Below the pieces are notes generated by a model. It ran no database searches. It saw only the letters and a list, made by a program, of their open reading frames with translations, and had not been told where the DNA came from. The translations under genes and the position numbers were made by a program. A stretch of 62,586 nucleotides of DNA, filler included, from Globobulimina sp. (taxonomy: Eukaryota): NCBI GenBank assembly GCA_003354225.1. It is 39 parts of 39 records of this genome, joined end to end, with 100 filler letters (N's around TTAATTAATTAA, not from the genome) between each part and the next. Parts side by side here need not be neighbours in the genome. Positions count along the whole stretch, not along the records: positions 59,475 to 60,980 come from PIVH01015597.1; positions 61,081 to 62,586 come from PIVH01015598.1; 37 more parts are not named here. One strand, written 5' to 3'. Within the stretch, counting starts at the first letter, position 1. Each line of letters begins with the position of its first letter. Shown piece by piece: positions 59,777 to 62,586 of this stretch.

Positions 59777-60980
59777 TCATTCATTAAAACATATTGATAA
59801 AACATCAGTATCACTTTTTAAATGATGTGAGATGATGATTTTTGGTGAATATTCATCAATATTAACGATATTTGTATATTCATCATATAACCAACTTGCT
59901 ATGTATTTATTAGAGACCCTATCTCTTGCTCTCTTTACTAATAATATAATTTCTTTTAATTTATTATTTTCGGTATTGAATATTTTTGAACAACATGATA
60001 CAAATTGAGATACATCAAATTTATTCTCTGTTGTTGTACATTGATCGTCGTTTATCTTTAAAGTACAAACATTTGGAAATATTCTTGTAAGCCGTTCTAA
60101 ATTTAACACATTTCCTCCTTTATAAAATATATTACCTTTCAAATTTTTAAATATTTTCTTTATAAAATCAGTATTCAAAATAATAACATTTCTCTCATTA
60201 CAAAAATACGAAAACAATCTATTAATATATTCTGGTAAACGTTCATTATCTTTATCCTCCAATAAACCTTCAATTAATTTATTTATTATAAAATTATCTG
60301 TTTTTGTATCATTAGTTCCTCGCGGTTTTCCTCCATTAATCATTGTCTCAAAATGAGACAAAGCTTGACAAAATCTTTGCAAATTGTTCCATTTTCCTTC
60401 AACACGTAATTTTATGCTATATACTCTGATCGGAAATGCGCCGCCAAAAAATGTACGTTCTTGCTCCGGATATGATGAAAGTAAGTGAGAATCGAAATAT
60501 TTTAAGCGAGTACCAAACAGTACATTTGCCTCCCTTAATTCTATTATAATTCCAGAGTCTTTGGCGAAATTTATTGCAATCTCTTGTGCTGTGGTTGTTG
60601 ATGTTGGACCATTCAATCTGATAAGAAACGATTGTAATAATAATGGTGACATTCCACAATAAAATGACATTCCCTCTGCTTTATCAATTTTATTTCCATA
60701 CAACTCAATACATTCTCGCAATAATCTACCCCAATTTGCAAATACCGCATTTCGTTGTTTAATCAATGACAATTTCTCGTTTCTGGTAATTGATCGAAAA
60801 CTCTCTGTGAACTTTCTTGATAACTCTGTGTAATCGGTATATAATATAATGCTTAAAACGTGACCGATTCTAATTACTGAACCTTTTTGTATTCCATAAT
60901 GATAAATAATATCTAATTTTTCATTTGATTTCATTTTTTTTATCGCTTGGGTCTGTACATATTTTGTAGCTTTGTGCATT
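59777..60980 (-). CDS. Divergent ADP-ribosyltransferase-like (ARTC/R-S-E-type) domain protein, 5'-partial
   Basis: SIILYTDY, LRECIELYG, FYCGMS, GPTSTT...AINFA, GIIIEL, SSYPEQERTFFGG. Confidence 0.6.
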
Positions 60981-61080
60981 NNNNNNNNNNNNNNNNNNNN
61001 NNNNNNNNNNNNNNNNNNNNNNNNTTAATTAATTAANNNNNNNNNNNNNNNNNNNNNNNNNNNNNNNNNNNNNNNNNNNN

Positions 61081-61148
61081 ACACTGGAATATTGACTCAA
61101 ATGAGCTCAGCGCTTGGCGCTGAGTTCAGTTGAGTCAATTGGAAGTGT
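61081..61148. repeat. Imperfect long hairpin
   Basis: ATTGACTCAA.TGAGCTCAGCGC-TTG-GCGCTGAGTTCA.TTGAGTCAAT with outer ACACT/AGTGT. Confidence 0.8.
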
Positions 61149-61254
61149 ACAAGGTGTGGCTGAGATGTTATCTTCAAATTTGCAATAAAATAAGTTAATT
61201 TAAATTTTACATTATATAAGTTGTTTGTATATAATATTTTCGACTAGACGAATA

Positions 61255-61415
61255 ACATGTACAAAATATTAACCTAGTAATATTTTGTACATGTGCATTT
61301 TCAAACATGTACAAAATATTAACCAAGTAATATTGTGTACATGTTTTAAAATTATAACATTAGTCCAGTCTAATAACATGTACAAAATATTAATCAAGTA
61401 ATATTTTGTACATGT
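61255..61415. repeat. Three copies of a 40-bp palindrome
   Basis: ACATGTACAAAATATTA-N6-TAATATTTTGTACATGT at 61255, 61305 (one mismatch) and 61376. Confidence 0.9.
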
Positions 61416-61624
61416 TTCTGATATTTCGGTGTATACTATATATATATATATATATATTCTTTCAGAGACTACGCCATGCTTTTTGATTTTCTGTCAAATT
61501 GGAAAAATGAGAAATTTGACAAGTGAAAACATTTGGGCCATGGAGGAGTTGGCCGTACTGTCAAATTGTCAAATCGTTTTTGTCAATTTGTCAAAAAAAT
61601 AGCGGACCAAACCCTTAAACAAAA

Positions 61625-62395
61625 TTAGGCCCAGCCATACAAAAGCATTGGTTTACCACATTTCTTAAAGTATTCTTTCGTATAATTACGTTTCAGAGCG
61701 GCTATATCTTGACGTGAAGGGAATTTATCATTGTTTATTTGATCACGGCTATGAAACTCAACATAAAATGCGTCAATTAAACAGGCAGCTTTCGTCTCAT
61801 AGATCATTTTATCCAAAATCCTGTATTCAGCTCCTTCAATGTCGATCTTTAATATGACGTAATTTGACTCATCAACTGTATCCATGATCCATTTAGCTCC
61901 ATCAATCGAAGAGACACTAATTGGTGTCACACCTTCAGCTCTTGCATTTTCTGCAAATATTGACGAGCCACCATTCAGCCTGCCAATTTGTATTATTTTT
62001 ATCAAATTGCTTACTTTTATCAATGTAAAAAACAAATGACGAATTAGAGGAAATCCAAACTATATTTTGAAATATTTTTATTTTTGGGTTGGAATCACTT
62101 AAATTCTTTAAATAAACCAAATGTAGCAATGGACTGGCTTCAAATAAATAAAACTCATCAAAATTGTTTACTTCAGGACGCGATATCAATCTCATTTTAT
62201 CGTATGAATTTCCACAGTTTGCTCCCCAATCAACAAATATCTTTTTTCTTTTCATCTGTTGTTGCAAGCTTGTCATTATAATTGGATCTCGATCGACAAT
62301 GACATTATTGGCATACATTTGTTGTGAAATGATATGAGTAATAATAACACAAATGCCAGCATCAACAATCCAATTCCAAACATCGTTACTTTCAT
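61625..62395 (-). pseudogene. FkbM-family SAM methyltransferase with a signal anchor, split by two frame changes
   Basis: Anchor MFGIGLLMLAFVLLLLI, KIFVDWGANCGNS..FYLFEASP, and GGSSIF...VILKIDIEGAEY...FYVEFH do not lie in one continuous frame. Confidence 0.75.
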
Positions 62396-62586
62396 ACTTG
62401 CGTTGTGATACTTGTAAGGTATTAAGACTCCATGATCCGGAAATGTTATCACAGCTGCCAGTGGTGGGGGAAATGATGTATGGTATAAACTGTAAACAAC
62501 TTGGAATTAGTAAAACATATTGAATCCCCGTCTGATTTATGCGTTGAATTGCAAATTAAATTTGGGTTTAAAAGCAAATTCAAAAA

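Noticed and set aside
1510-61080. Regularly spaced TTAATTAATTAA palindromes as a repeat array or CRISPR
   Set aside because: They sit inside fixed N-runs and are artificial six-frame-stop linkers.
61255-61415. CRISPR array
   Set aside because: Only three units, with unequal spacers (10 and 31 nt), fully palindromic AT-rich repeats and no cas gene.
1-62586. Operon- or island-like neighbourhoods across the window (e.g. capsid next to GH6, SNF2 next to the ART-like gene)
   Set aside because: Adjacent contigs are ordered by length, not by genomic position.

Overview
This window is not one locus. It is 39 unrelated short contigs (1509 down to 1506 bp, sorted by length) joined by artificial 100-nt linkers (N44-TTAATTAATTAA-N44), so gene neighbourhoods mean something only inside a contig. 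Most contigs come from an AT-rich, intron-rich microbial eukaryote using the standard code, with short 49-126 nt introns and frequent GTT donors. The gene families suggest Rhizaria/Foraminifera, which is inference only. Recognisable products include ankyrin, formin FH2, ECH1, COMMD7, SURF1, crooked-neck, a GH6 cellulase, a formate/nitrite transporter, an alpha2-delta-like VWA protein, a sulfotransferase, an SDR, a DMT transporter and an Arf-like GTPase. Mixed in are a Bacteroidota-like MutS-related gene, a proteobacterial primase/integrase fragment, a virus-like SNF2 helicase, non-LTR and Penelope-like remnants, and several MITE-like inverted repeats. The strongest leads are: (1) a contig that closes into a 1387-bp circle carrying one complete 408-aa hydrophobic ORF; (2) a Polinton/adintovirus penton + major capsid module whose capsid gene has a spliceosomal intron and a CCAAT/E-box promoter; (3) a motor-less cytoplasmic dynein stalk/microtubule-binding-domain gene; (4) two divergent toxin-type ADP-ribosyltransferase-like paralogues; (5) an intron that folds into one long hairpin. 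All family assignments were made by eye from motifs; no searches were run.
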